A stretch of DNA of 37,433 bases from a virus. The position numbers and the translations under genes were made by a program. The stretch lies in IMG/VR virus record IMGVR_UViG_3300031853_000122, one strand, 5' to 3'. Shown here one piece after another: positions 1-7,792 of this stretch. The first letter of the stretch is position 1; each line of letters starts with the position of its first letter. The notes beneath the pieces are model-generated. The model made no database searches, had not been told where the DNA came from, and saw nothing but the letters and a program-made list of their open reading frames with translations.

Positions 1-127
1 GTACCTTATTCATAAGTTTTTCAATAACTTCGTCTTTTCTCTGGACAACTCCTTCCCGAAAGTCCAGATTTTTTTCAAGTCGGTCAATTTGCTTTTGTAA
101 ATGGGCTATCCGCTTTTCAAAGTCGCT
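1..127. repeat. Terminal direct repeat, identical to 37307-37433 (overlap of a circular molecule)
   Basis: Hand comparison of both ends gives 127/127 identity. A minus-strand ORF reads without interruption across the junction. Confidence 0.95.
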
Positions 128-451
128 TCTTAGCTCGTCATTCTTCGCAATAAGAATCGATATAGTCATATTCTTATCACGGATAAGAGACTTTAAGGCC
201 TCGACTTCGTTTGTGCCGCTCTGATCTTCGTAAAAATCCAGAAGAACATCTGCAAGCGGTACGATAGTATCACGATATTTAAAGCTTGAAGGATCACTGT
301 TCTCCGAAAACACTCTTTTCAGAGTAGCTTCGGAGAGAAAATAGTTTTTCTCTTCCAACATACTCAAAATGTCGGGAATAGTCAATTCACGTTCTTTTTT
401 CACTTTTCTGATACGGTCAACAGTATCTTTTTTTAGTGTTGATACCTCCAT
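1..451 (-). CDS. CI-like repressor candidate (HTH N-terminus, coiled-coil C-terminus); 3' end wraps around the circle
   Basis: ATG at 451-449 is preceded by AAAGGAGA. Translation begins MEVSTLKKDTVDRIRKVKKERELTIPDILSMLEEKNYFLSEATLKRVF. The ORF is missing from the track because it runs off base 1. It continues through the repeat to TGA at 37289-37287 (about 156 aa) and is divergent from the cro-like gene. Confidence 0.6.
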   Translation of the reverse strand, partial: MEVSTLKKDTVDRIRKVKKERELTIPDILSMLEEKNYFLSEATLKRVFSENSDPSSFKYRDTIVPLADVLLDFYEDQSGTNEVEALKSLIRDKNMTISILIAKNDELRSDFEKRIAHLQKQIDRLEKNLDFREGVVQRKDEVIEKLMNKV

Positions 452-514
452 GATACTCACATCTCCTTTGATGAACTGAAAATAATACAAAAATAATCCT
501 TTGTTTGCCTTGTA

Positions 515-539
515 ATTATACCTATGAACTTGGTATAAT
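515..539. promoter_or_regulatory. Back-to-back -10 hexamers built into an inverted repeat ATTATACC-N9-GGTATAAT
   Basis: TATAAT lies on the + strand at 534-539 with TG at 531-532. A second TATAAT lies on the - strand (complement of 515-520), facing the repressor gene. The 8-bp arms are perfectly complementary. Confidence 0.45.
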
Positions 540-734
540 ATGACCATAGCAGCAAGAAGCGGTGCTGTTACAGCCGTCAACATTTACTACATTCACACTT
601 ATCCGTTTTTCATACCTCAGCGGATTTATACCACATTCTCACTAATGACGTGTCCTTAATTATATTATACACTATTAAATTCAAAATTGCAATAGTTTTC
701 TCAAAAATTTATTTGAAAAAATCCCAAAAAAGGG

Positions 735-763
735 TTGACAAATCAAAAATAGTATGCTATTAT
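735..763 (+). promoter_or_regulatory. Near-consensus sigma-A/sigma-70 type early rightward promoter
   Basis: TTGACA (735-740), a 17-bp spacer and TATTAT (758-763) sit 16 bp upstream of the cro-like ORF. Confidence 0.65.
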
Positions 764-778
764 TAACTTGTCCCACAA

Positions 779-1036
779 ATGGGACGGAAAGGAGTGAATA
801 AATTGCTGAATGTAAATTTACTTAAAGCAGCAATAGTCCGTGCTGGACATACTCAGCAGACTTTTGCTCAGTCTATCGGTATTTCTCAGAATACTCTGAC
901 AAACAAGCTGAACGGTAAAAGATGCTTTAATCTTGATGAGATAGACAAGGCTTGTGACGTTCTGAATATAACTGAGAACGAGGAAAAATGCGCTATTTTT
1001 TTATCCTCATCGTCCCCAAACAGGGATATATCGTAA
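779..1036 (+). CDS. XRE-family HTH protein (Cro-like)
   Basis: LLKAAIVRAGHTQQTFAQSIGISQNTLTNKLNGKR is a classic XRE helix-turn-helix. The gene is the first on the rightward operon. The exact start is uncertain, because an internal GGAAAGGAG could serve a later start. Confidence 0.75.
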   Translation: MGRKGVNKLLNVNLLKAAIVRAGHTQQTFAQSIGISQNTLTNKLNGKRCFNLDEIDKACDVLNITENEEKCAIFLSSSSPNRDIS

Positions 1037-1071
1037 CAAACGAGGGATAAAGTGAGAGGAGGTCTCATATC

Positions 1072-1320
1072 ATGCCTAAGATAACCCTTACAGAGCGACA
1101 GAAAGACAGAGAGCGGTTAGCTCATAACTTACAGCTTTTACAGCGCAGCCGTTCATATACCTGTGAAGAAATGGGAGATATAATCGGGCGTTCCGGTCCG
1201 ACATATCTTAGCCGCCTCAGAAATCCCGATAATCTCACGTTCGGGGAAATATCCTCACTGTGCAGATACTTCAAGATCGAGCCTGAGCGGTTCGTCTGCG
1301 GCACTCTGGGGGTGAGTTAA
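1072..1320 (+). CDS. Second XRE-like HTH regulator
   Basis: An RBS GAGGAGG lies upstream. CEEMGDIIGRSGPTYLSRLRNPDNLTFGEISSLCRYF looks like an HTH. Confidence 0.65.
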   Translation: MPKITLTERQKDRERLAHNLQLLQRSRSYTCEEMGDIIGRSGPTYLSRLRNPDNLTFGEISSLCRYFKIEPERFVCGTLGVS

Positions 1321-1490
1321 TGGCAGGCTGGACATGGATACGGGAAAGATACAAGAACGATCCCGAATACCTTGCAATCATGGCAGAGGAAAGAAGAACA
1401 AAGGACCGTGAACGCTATGCACGGAAAAAGGAGAAGAAAAACAATGATGATACTCGGAGGAATACTGATAACCGCACTCCTCGGGACTGA
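1320..1490 (+). CDS. Small basic ORF (56 aa), hypothetical
   Basis: Its ATG overlaps the TAA of the upstream gene (TAATG). Translation begins MAGWTWIRERYKNDPEYLAIMAEERRTKDRERYARKKEKK. It is below the track size cut-off and competes with the 5' part of ORF 1372-1656. Confidence 0.3.
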   Translation: MAGWTWIRERYKNDPEYLAIMAEERRTKDRERYARKKEKKNNDDTRRNTDNRTPRD

Positions 1491-1656
1491 GGTATACTGC
1501 GGTTGGTATATCAGAGAATACTTGAAAGAACGCTCAGAGCAGCGGACAGCGGCTCGGAGGGCGGCTTACAGACACAAGGCATATACAGAGATGAACAAGC
1601 GCTATGACCTCAGAAAGAGCCGTGAAGCGCTATGGAATACGATAACGAAAGGGTGA
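1372..1656 (+). CDS. Small membrane protein; start uncertain (TTG 1372, or ATG 1416/1444)
   Basis: A predicted TM segment MMILGGILITALLGTEVYCGWYI is followed by a basic tail. Confidence 0.45.
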   Translation: MQSWQRKEEQRTVNAMHGKRRRKTMMILGGILITALLGTEVYCGWYIREYLKERSEQRTAARRAAYRHKAYTEMNKRYDLRKSREALWNTITKG

Positions 1657-1662
1657 AATCAA

Positions 1663-1947
1663 ATGACAAGAGAGGACACAAAGAAGATACTTGACAAGGT
1701 GCTGGATATGGGCAGAAGCCCTCTGCACTTTGTAGCGGTAGACTTCAACACAGACCCAGAGGCTATATTCTGCTCTATATACATACACCTCAACGCCCCT
1801 GCTCACTTAGAGCATAGCAGAGATGTGTGTGGATATAAGGATATATTCACTCAGTCAGCCGATGTACAGCCTGCACTTGATTTTCTCAACGTATGGGCTG
1901 AGATATTCAGAAAGGAGTGTGAACTTGATGAAACTGACGGACATTGA
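1663..1947 (+). CDS. Hypothetical protein
   Basis: A 94-aa ORF in operon register with no recognisable motif. Confidence 0.5.
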   Translation: MTREDTKKILDKVLDMGRSPLHFVAVDFNTDPEAIFCSIYIHLNAPAHLEHSRDVCGYKDIFTQSADVQPALDFLNVWAEIFRKECELDETDGH

Positions 1948-2113
1948 CGGCATTATTGTTGATATTGATGCCGATGTTATCACAGGTATGCAGACTAAGC
2001 ACAAGGCAGGCGGTATCTGCACAGAAATCTCAGTACCTTGCGGCGGCATCTGCGTGAAGGAAACGCCTGCGGAGATAATCAAGCGTATTAAGGAGGAGAA
2101 GAACAATGACTGA
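1928..2113 (+). CDS. Hypothetical small protein
   Basis: In-frame ATG at 1928 within track ORF 1823-2113. It overlaps the previous gene's end by 20 nt. Confidence 0.4.
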   Translation: MKLTDIDGIIVDIDADVITGMQTKHKAGGICTEISVPCGGICVKETPAEIIKRIKEEKNND

Positions 2114-2255
2114 CTATATGAAAGCCGTTAAGCTGCTTGCTTGTCTGGCTTCTATTCATCGCCCTGCGGCGCTCCTCAACGTTGACGATAATCTCAGCAA
2201 GACAACTCCCGAGGAGCTTGACTTCTATTACAGGTGGTGTTGCTGCCGTGTGTAA
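2106..2255 (+). CDS. Hypothetical small protein (49 aa)
   Basis: The ATG at 2106-2108 precedes, and the ORF overlaps, the upstream TGA stop at 2111-2113. Translation begins MTDYMKAVKLLACLASIHRP. Below the track cut-off. Confidence 0.35.
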   Translation: MTDYMKAVKLLACLASIHRPAALLNVDDNLSKTTPEELDFYYRWCCCRV

Positions 2256-2289
2256 TGGCTTTTACTGCAAAATATGCAAGCGCAAGTCA

Positions 2290-2466
2290 ATGACATATCA
2301 TGAACACTGTTCAGAATGCGGCTGCGAAATATATGTGGGTGACGAGTGCTATGAGGTTGGAGACAAATATTACTGCGTGGACTGCGTTTGCACAGTAGAA
2401 ATCGAAGATCCCGAAAGAGACTGGGACTTTGAAAGGGAAAGGAGAATTGACGATGCCGATATTTGA
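2290..2466 (+). CDS. Small zinc-ribbon protein
   Basis: The peptide MTYHEHCSECGCEIYVGDECYEVGDKYYCVDC has two CxxC pairs. The track ORF begins at 2137, but its 5' part overlaps ORF 2106-2255. Confidence 0.45.
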   Translation: MTYHEHCSECGCEIYVGDECYEVGDKYYCVDCVCTVEIEDPERDWDFERERRIDDADI

Positions 2467-2681
2467 AAGCGGTGTAAGCTCATACATCAAAGGACGGTGC
2501 ATGGTGGAAGTCAATTTCCCCGTAGATGCCCGAGGTAATGCAGATGTAAGCTGCAATCAGTGCCCATATTATGGCAGAACAAGCAGGACATGTCAGCTTA
2601 ACAAGCAGACAGTGAATTATCCTGAAAAGTACATCGGCGCAAGTTGTCCGTTGACTTTTACGGGAGAAATAGAAGGAGAAG

Positions 2682-2695
<14 letters not shown>
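2453..2695 (+). CDS. Hypothetical Cys-rich protein
   Basis: ATG at 2453 follows GGGAAAGGAG. The peptide contains CNQCPYYGRTSRTC. Confidence 0.5.
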
Positions 2696-3868
<1,173 letters not shown>

Positions 3869-4165
3869 ATGGACGATTACAAGACCTGTTTTCTTTGCAA
3901 ACGCAACGGAAACGGCGATAGGCTTGAACGTCATCACTAGCATATTTTTGGCGGTTCACGGCGTAAATTATCCGAAAAATACGGATTAGTTGTTTATTTA
4001 TGCGGTTCACGGTGTCACCGTGAGGGAAAGTATAGTGTGCATCAGAATGCAGAAGTTATGGACTACGTTCACAAATATGGGCAGAAGCTAGCGCAAGAAA
4101 AATACGGCTGGACTGTTGAACAGTTTAGAGAAATTTTCGGTGCAAGTTATATCGATGATGTATAA
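3869..4165 (+). pseudogene. HNH-like zinc-finger gene interrupted by one in-frame TAG (3938-3940)
   Basis: A single frame reads MDDYKTCFLCKRNGNGDRLERHH-TAG-HIFGGSRRKLSEKYGLVVYLCGSRCHREGKYSVHQN...IDDV. The CxxC/HH half and the CxxxCH half lie on opposite sides of the stop. Confidence 0.55.
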
Positions 4166-4176
4166 CGCCCCCTGAA

Positions 4177-4270
4177 AGCGTCCAGAATACACGACAATCA
4201 ATTTTAATAGAACGGGTAGTATAATTATGCCCCTAAAATAACAAGGGGCAAAAACGGCGTTTAAAACGCT
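4177..4270 (+). promoter_or_regulatory. Promoter/operator module, copy A
   Basis: AGCGTCCAGAAT (4177-4188), then GTAGTATAATTA (TATAAT at 4220-4225), then the 21-mer AAAAACGGCGTTTAAAACGCT (4250-4270) containing the palindrome GCGTTT-A-AAACGC. The same elements recur with the same spacing at 9272-9366. Confidence 0.6.
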
Positions 4271-4295
4271 AATAAAAAATAAGGAGAGATTTATT

Positions 4296-4985
4296 ATGGC
4301 AAACACAAAGAAAACAACAGAGGTTATCACAATTCAGCCCGTTGAGAAGGTGACGGCTGAGATTACAATAGTCGGAGAGACACCGCTTATTGTACACGCT
4401 TGGAGCGAAAAAGCTAAAAAGGAAATGCTCGATGCACAGCAGGGCAAGAGCAAGGGCAAGAAGAAGGACTTTAAAAATCCTGTTGCTGACTTCATTCGTT
4501 CGATGTACTGGCTTGACGGTACGCCCGAAATCCCCGAAGGGGCAACAGAAGAAGAATGCGAGGAAATATTCAACAAGGCTATTGAAAATGGTGCAAGATT
4601 TGGTTTCCCTGCGGTAGCAATCAAGAAAGCGGCTGTATCTGCGGCATACAGGCAGGGGCTTACAAAAGACAAGGTATCAGCAAACGGCTCATTCTGGCTT
4701 ACAGGCATTGAAGATCCTGAGTTCGTTGTAATTGAAAGTGGCGAACCGCCTGTAATGCGTGAAGATATGGTTAAAATCGGCATGGGAACGGCTGATTTGA
4801 GATATAGAGGTGAATTTAAGAACTGGAAGTGCAAGTGTAAGATATCATATTTGAAAGATGGCCCATTCAGCCTTGAAAACATCATATCTATGATAAATCT
4901 CGGCGGTTTCTCTTGTGGACTTGGTGAATGGAGAACCGAAAAAGGTGGCGTGAGCGGTGCTTTTCGTGTACAGACAACCAAGTGA
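4296..4985 (+). CDS. Conserved-looking protein of unknown function (229 aa)
   Basis: Strong RBS AAGGAGAG. The protein has a Lys-rich loop QQGKSKGKKKDFKNP and a Gly-rich C-terminus NLGGFSCGLGEWRTEKGGVSGAFRV. Confidence 0.7.
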   Translation: MANTKKTTEVITIQPVEKVTAEITIVGETPLIVHAWSEKAKKEMLDAQQGKSKGKKKDFKNPVADFIRSMYWLDGTPEIPEGATEEECEEIFNKAIENGARFGFPAVAIKKAAVSAAYRQGLTKDKVSANGSFWLTGIEDPEFVVIESGEPPVMREDMVKIGMGTADLRYRGEFKNWKCKCKISYLKDGPFSLENIISMINLGGFSCGLGEWRTEKGGVSGAFRVQTTK

Positions 4986-5205
4986 ACTGCTAAGAATTAG
5001 TCTTGGTATGGCAGTTGTGGTTTGTTGTGTCATGTTAGGATAAGGCAAGGCGGTGCGAGGTCGGTTTGGCAGTTTAGGTCAGTTGAGGTTGGTTGAGTAG
5101 CGGGTGGCGTGGACAGGTCAGCTAGGTTCTGGCAATCAAGGCTAGTTGGGCACTGGTGGGCTGTGTTCTGATGTGCTGAGTTGCGACAAGGCAGGCTAAC
5201 AGCCA
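4986..5205 (+). other. G+T-skewed non-coding tract
   Basis: Hand count for 5001-5200 gives G 79, T 59, A 34, C 28. No plausible ORF on the + strand. TGGCAGTT repeats at 5009 and 5067, AGGTCAG at 5076 and 5115, and there are about ten AGG(T/C) motifs. Confidence 0.6.
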
Positions 5206-5227
5206 AAAAATCAAAGGAGGTAAACAA

Positions 5228-5683
5228 ATGGTTTACGAATGGAAAACAGGTACAAGGATTAAAGCAAATGCACAGGAAAGCGGAGAGTTGTTTGAACAGC
5301 TCTCCGCAACAGAAGAAGGTCTGACAGCTGAAACACTGTTGGAAGCTAACAAGCCAGAAACAGCTCCGCTCCACAACGAATATGAGTGGAACGATAGCAA
5401 AGCGGCTCACGAATGGCGGCTTCATCAGTCAAGACACTTCATCAACAGTATTGCTATCAAGGTTATAGCTACAAACGATGAAGAAGCAGCAGTCAGAGCT
5501 TTTCACATTGTCACCGAAAGCAGCAAGTATGAGCCAATAACGGCTATCATCAAGGAGAAAAGCAAGCGTGAAGCATTGCTTGAAAATGCGCTTTCAGAGC
5601 TTAATTCATTTAAGCGCAAGTATGAAACACTTTCAGAATTAACGCCTGTATTTAAGGCGATTGAGGAGGTAAACAATGAATAA
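5228..5683 (+). CDS. Hypothetical protein (151 aa)
   Basis: RBS AAAGGAGG. The peptide contains APLHNEYEWNDSKAAHEWRLHQSRHFINSI. The gene overlaps the ssb start. Confidence 0.65.
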   Translation: MVYEWKTGTRIKANAQESGELFEQLSATEEGLTAETLLEANKPETAPLHNEYEWNDSKAAHEWRLHQSRHFINSIAIKVIATNDEEAAVRAFHIVTESSKYEPITAIIKEKSKREALLENALSELNSFKRKYETLSELTPVFKAIEEVNNE

Positions 5684-6152
5684 AGTAATTCTTACAGGAA
5701 GATTGACTGCTGACCCTGAGCTTAGGCAGACACAGAGCGGCGTTGCTTCATGCCGCTTCACCGTTGCAGTAGATAGACGGTATGCAGACAAGAGCACAGG
5801 CGAGAGACAGGCTGATTTCATCAGTTGCACAGCGTGGAGACAGACAGCCGAGTTCGTGTCACGTTATTTCAATAAGGGCAAGCTCATCGCTATCGAGGGC
5901 TCTCTCAGAAATAACAACTATCAGGACAGGAATCACCCCGATGTTACTCACTACACAATAGAGGTATTTGTTGATAATGTGGAGTTCTGCGGTGATAAGG
6001 GCAGCGGACAGGCTCGGACATCGACTACACAGAATAACTATCAATATTCCGCTCCTCCTCAGCAGGCAGCTCCACAGCAGCCTAATGATATGACATATGG
6101 TGAGCTTAGTGACTATGAGGAGATACTCAGCGGTGGCGATGTGCCTTTTTAA
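5676..6152 (+). CDS. ssb: Single-stranded DNA-binding protein
   Basis: MNKVILTGRLTADPELRQTQSGVASCRFTVAV is an OB-fold N-terminus. It is followed by a Gln/Pro-rich linker and an acidic tail ending in DVPF. Confidence 0.9.
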   Translation: MNKVILTGRLTADPELRQTQSGVASCRFTVAVDRRYADKSTGERQADFISCTAWRQTAEFVSRYFNKGKLIAIEGSLRNNNYQDRNHPDVTHYTIEVFVDNVEFCGDKGSGQARTSTTQNNYQYSAPPQQAAPQQPNDMTYGELSDYEEILSGGDVPF

Positions 6153-6176
6153 ATCAAAAAAACAGAGGTATGAGAT

Positions 6177-6980
6177 ATGGCAAACTATAGGAATATATCA
6201 ATTAACTTCTGGGCGGATAGCAAGGTAGATGATGAATTTACTCCTGAGGATAAATATTTCTATTTATTCTTGCTGACAAACCCACATACTAACATCTGCG
6301 GTTGCTATGAAATCAGCATGAAGCAGATGGAGAGAGAAACAGGATATAATGCCGATACTATAAAGCGGCTTATATCCAGAATGCAGACAGTACATGATGT
6401 TATCAGATATAGTGACAAAACAAAAGAAATACTTATTCTGAACTGGTATAAGTACAATTGGTCAAAGTCTGAAAACGTCAAGAAAGCCGTTATCGCTGTG
6501 GCAAGTTACGTCAAAGATGATACGTTCAAAAGATATGTTATGCATAGGGTATCTATATGGTATGCATACCATATAGAACCATCTGTTACTGATACAGTAC
6601 CAGAAACAGTACCAGAAACAGAAACAGTACCAGAAACAGAAACAGTACCAGAAACAGAAAACAGAGATAGATATATATGCGGCAAGCCGCAAAAGCACAA
6701 GCATGGTGAGTTCAAGCACGTTCTTCTTACCGATGATGAATATTCAAAGCTTTGCAAGGACTACGGACAGGATATAGCAGACAAGTATATCCAGAAGGTC
6801 GATGAATACTGTGAGATGAAAGGCAAGAGTTATAAAAACTATAACTTAGCTATCCGAAACACCTTTATGTCACGGGATAACGTGAAGCCCTTACACAGAA
6901 CAGCGAAAGACTTGTACAAAGGTCTGACAAAGGATAGTGAAGGCTTCTATGTGGACAAGGACGGTAACAGATATGTTTGA
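6177..6980 (+). CDS. Replisome organiser / DnaD-like replication initiator
   Basis: ISINFWADSKVDDEFTPEDKYFYLFLLTNPHTN resembles the phage replisome-organiser N-domain. The gene sits directly upstream of the DnaC-like loader and contains an internal palindrome and iterons. Confidence 0.55.
   Translation: MANYRNISINFWADSKVDDEFTPEDKYFYLFLLTNPHTNICGCYEISMKQMERETGYNADTIKRLISRMQTVHDVIRYSDKTKEILILNWYKYNWSKSENVKKAVIAVASYVKDDTFKRYVMHRVSIWYAYHIEPSVTDTVPETVPETETVPETETVPETENRDRYICGKPQKHKHGEFKHVLLTDDEYSKLCKDYGQDIADKYIQKVDEYCEMKGKSYKNYNLAIRNTFMSRDNVKPLHRTAKDLYKGLTKDSEGFYVDKDGNRYV
6552..6577. repeat. Perfect 26-bp palindrome inside the organiser gene
   Basis: TCTATATGGTATG/CATACCATATAGA, verified base by base. 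Confidence 0.9.
6594..6659 (+). repeat. Iteron-like tandem repeats (candidate origin)
   Basis: ACAGTACCAGAA occurs at 6594, 6606, 6624 and 6642, interleaved with ACAGAA. It is in frame and encodes (T)VPETE repeats. Confidence 0.85.
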
Positions 6981-7788
6981 CGAGATACTTAACAGCTTGA
7001 CAGTATCGGGAGAAATTCCAAAAATCAACGGTGATCCTGCTTCATGGACAAATGAACAGTATACCGCTTGGCAAGTCAAGAACTATAACAGCATATCGAA
7101 AGAACCTCAGAACGGCTATAACTGCACAGCTTGTCAGAACAGAGGATATTTTGCAACTATCAACTATGCAGGTGACTTTGCTTTACGTCCTTGCACTTGT
7201 AACAGCGTAAGACAGCAGCTTATAAATGCAAAGAATAGCGGATTCGGTGATATGCTTGACAAATACAGCTTTGAGGGCTACGAAGTAAAGGAAGAATGGC
7301 AGAACCGGGTAAAACAGGGAGCTTTGCTGTATACTCAGCAAAAAGAATTACCTTGGCTTTACATCGGCGGTATGAGTGGTGCAGGAAAGTCACATATCTG
7401 CACGGCGGCAGCTACAAGGATATTACAGCAGGGCAAAGTTGTAAAATATGTCCTCTGGCGTGATGTTTTTCATAAGTTCGAGAGTTACCGCTATGACGAT
7501 CAGAAATACAGCGACTATCTGAATGAGCTTGCAGAGGTTGAAGTCCTTGTGATAGATGATTTTCTCAAAGGCATGGACGGAAACAAGCAAGGTTCGGCGT
7601 TGGAAATAGCGTTTGACGTAGTAAACCGGAGATATAACAGCAGGCGGCCGACAATATTCAGTTCTGAGATCCAGTTAGGAGAGCTTGAAAAGCTTGACAA
7701 GGCACTTTTCGGACGTATCAAAGAGCGTTGTGGAAAGTTCTCGCTGAATATCAAGAACGAGGACAGCAGGAATTATAGAAAGCGGTGA
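6973..7788 (+). CDS. DnaC/IstB-like AAA+ helicase loader
   Basis: Walker A GGMSGAGKSH and Walker B VLVIDDF. ATG at 6973 overlaps the organiser stop; the track ORF starts at 6937. Confidence 0.75.
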   Translation: MFDEILNSLTVSGEIPKINGDPASWTNEQYTAWQVKNYNSISKEPQNGYNCTACQNRGYFATINYAGDFALRPCTCNSVRQQLINAKNSGFGDMLDKYSFEGYEVKEEWQNRVKQGALLYTQQKELPWLYIGGMSGAGKSHICTAAATRILQQGKVVKYVLWRDVFHKFESYRYDDQKYSDYLNELAEVEVLVIDDFLKGMDGNKQGSALEIAFDVVNRRYNSRRPTIFSSEIQLGELEKLDKALFGRIKERCGKFSLNIKNEDSRNYRKR

Positions 7789-7792
7789 TAAA

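Noticed and set aside
540-659. 39-codon ORF starting at ATG 540 in the switch region
   Set aside because: It has no RBS. Its ATG overlaps the -10 hexamer, so it would lie upstream of the transcription start.
4334-4981. 215-aa minus-strand ORF antisense to gene 4296-4985
   Set aside because: It is an exact shadow of a plus-strand gene that has an RBS and coherent sequence. It has low-complexity Ser/Pro-rich translation and no RBS. The same reasoning applies to 5030-5425, 9421-9774, 13983-14423, 26659-27105, 32622-32960 and 33766-34206.
5152-5159. Chi site (ACTGGTGG, 7/8 match to E. coli GCTGGTGG; also AGCGG at 5099-5103)
   Set aside because: The match is imperfect and the host is unlikely to be enteric. 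A 5-mer such as AGCGG is expected by chance. It is kept only as one hypothesis for the G+T-rich tract.
6594-6659. CRISPR-like array
   Set aside because: The repeats are 12-18 bp, contiguous with no unique spacers, and in frame within a CDS. The 42-bp repeats at 32668-32874 are likewise coding tandem repeats.
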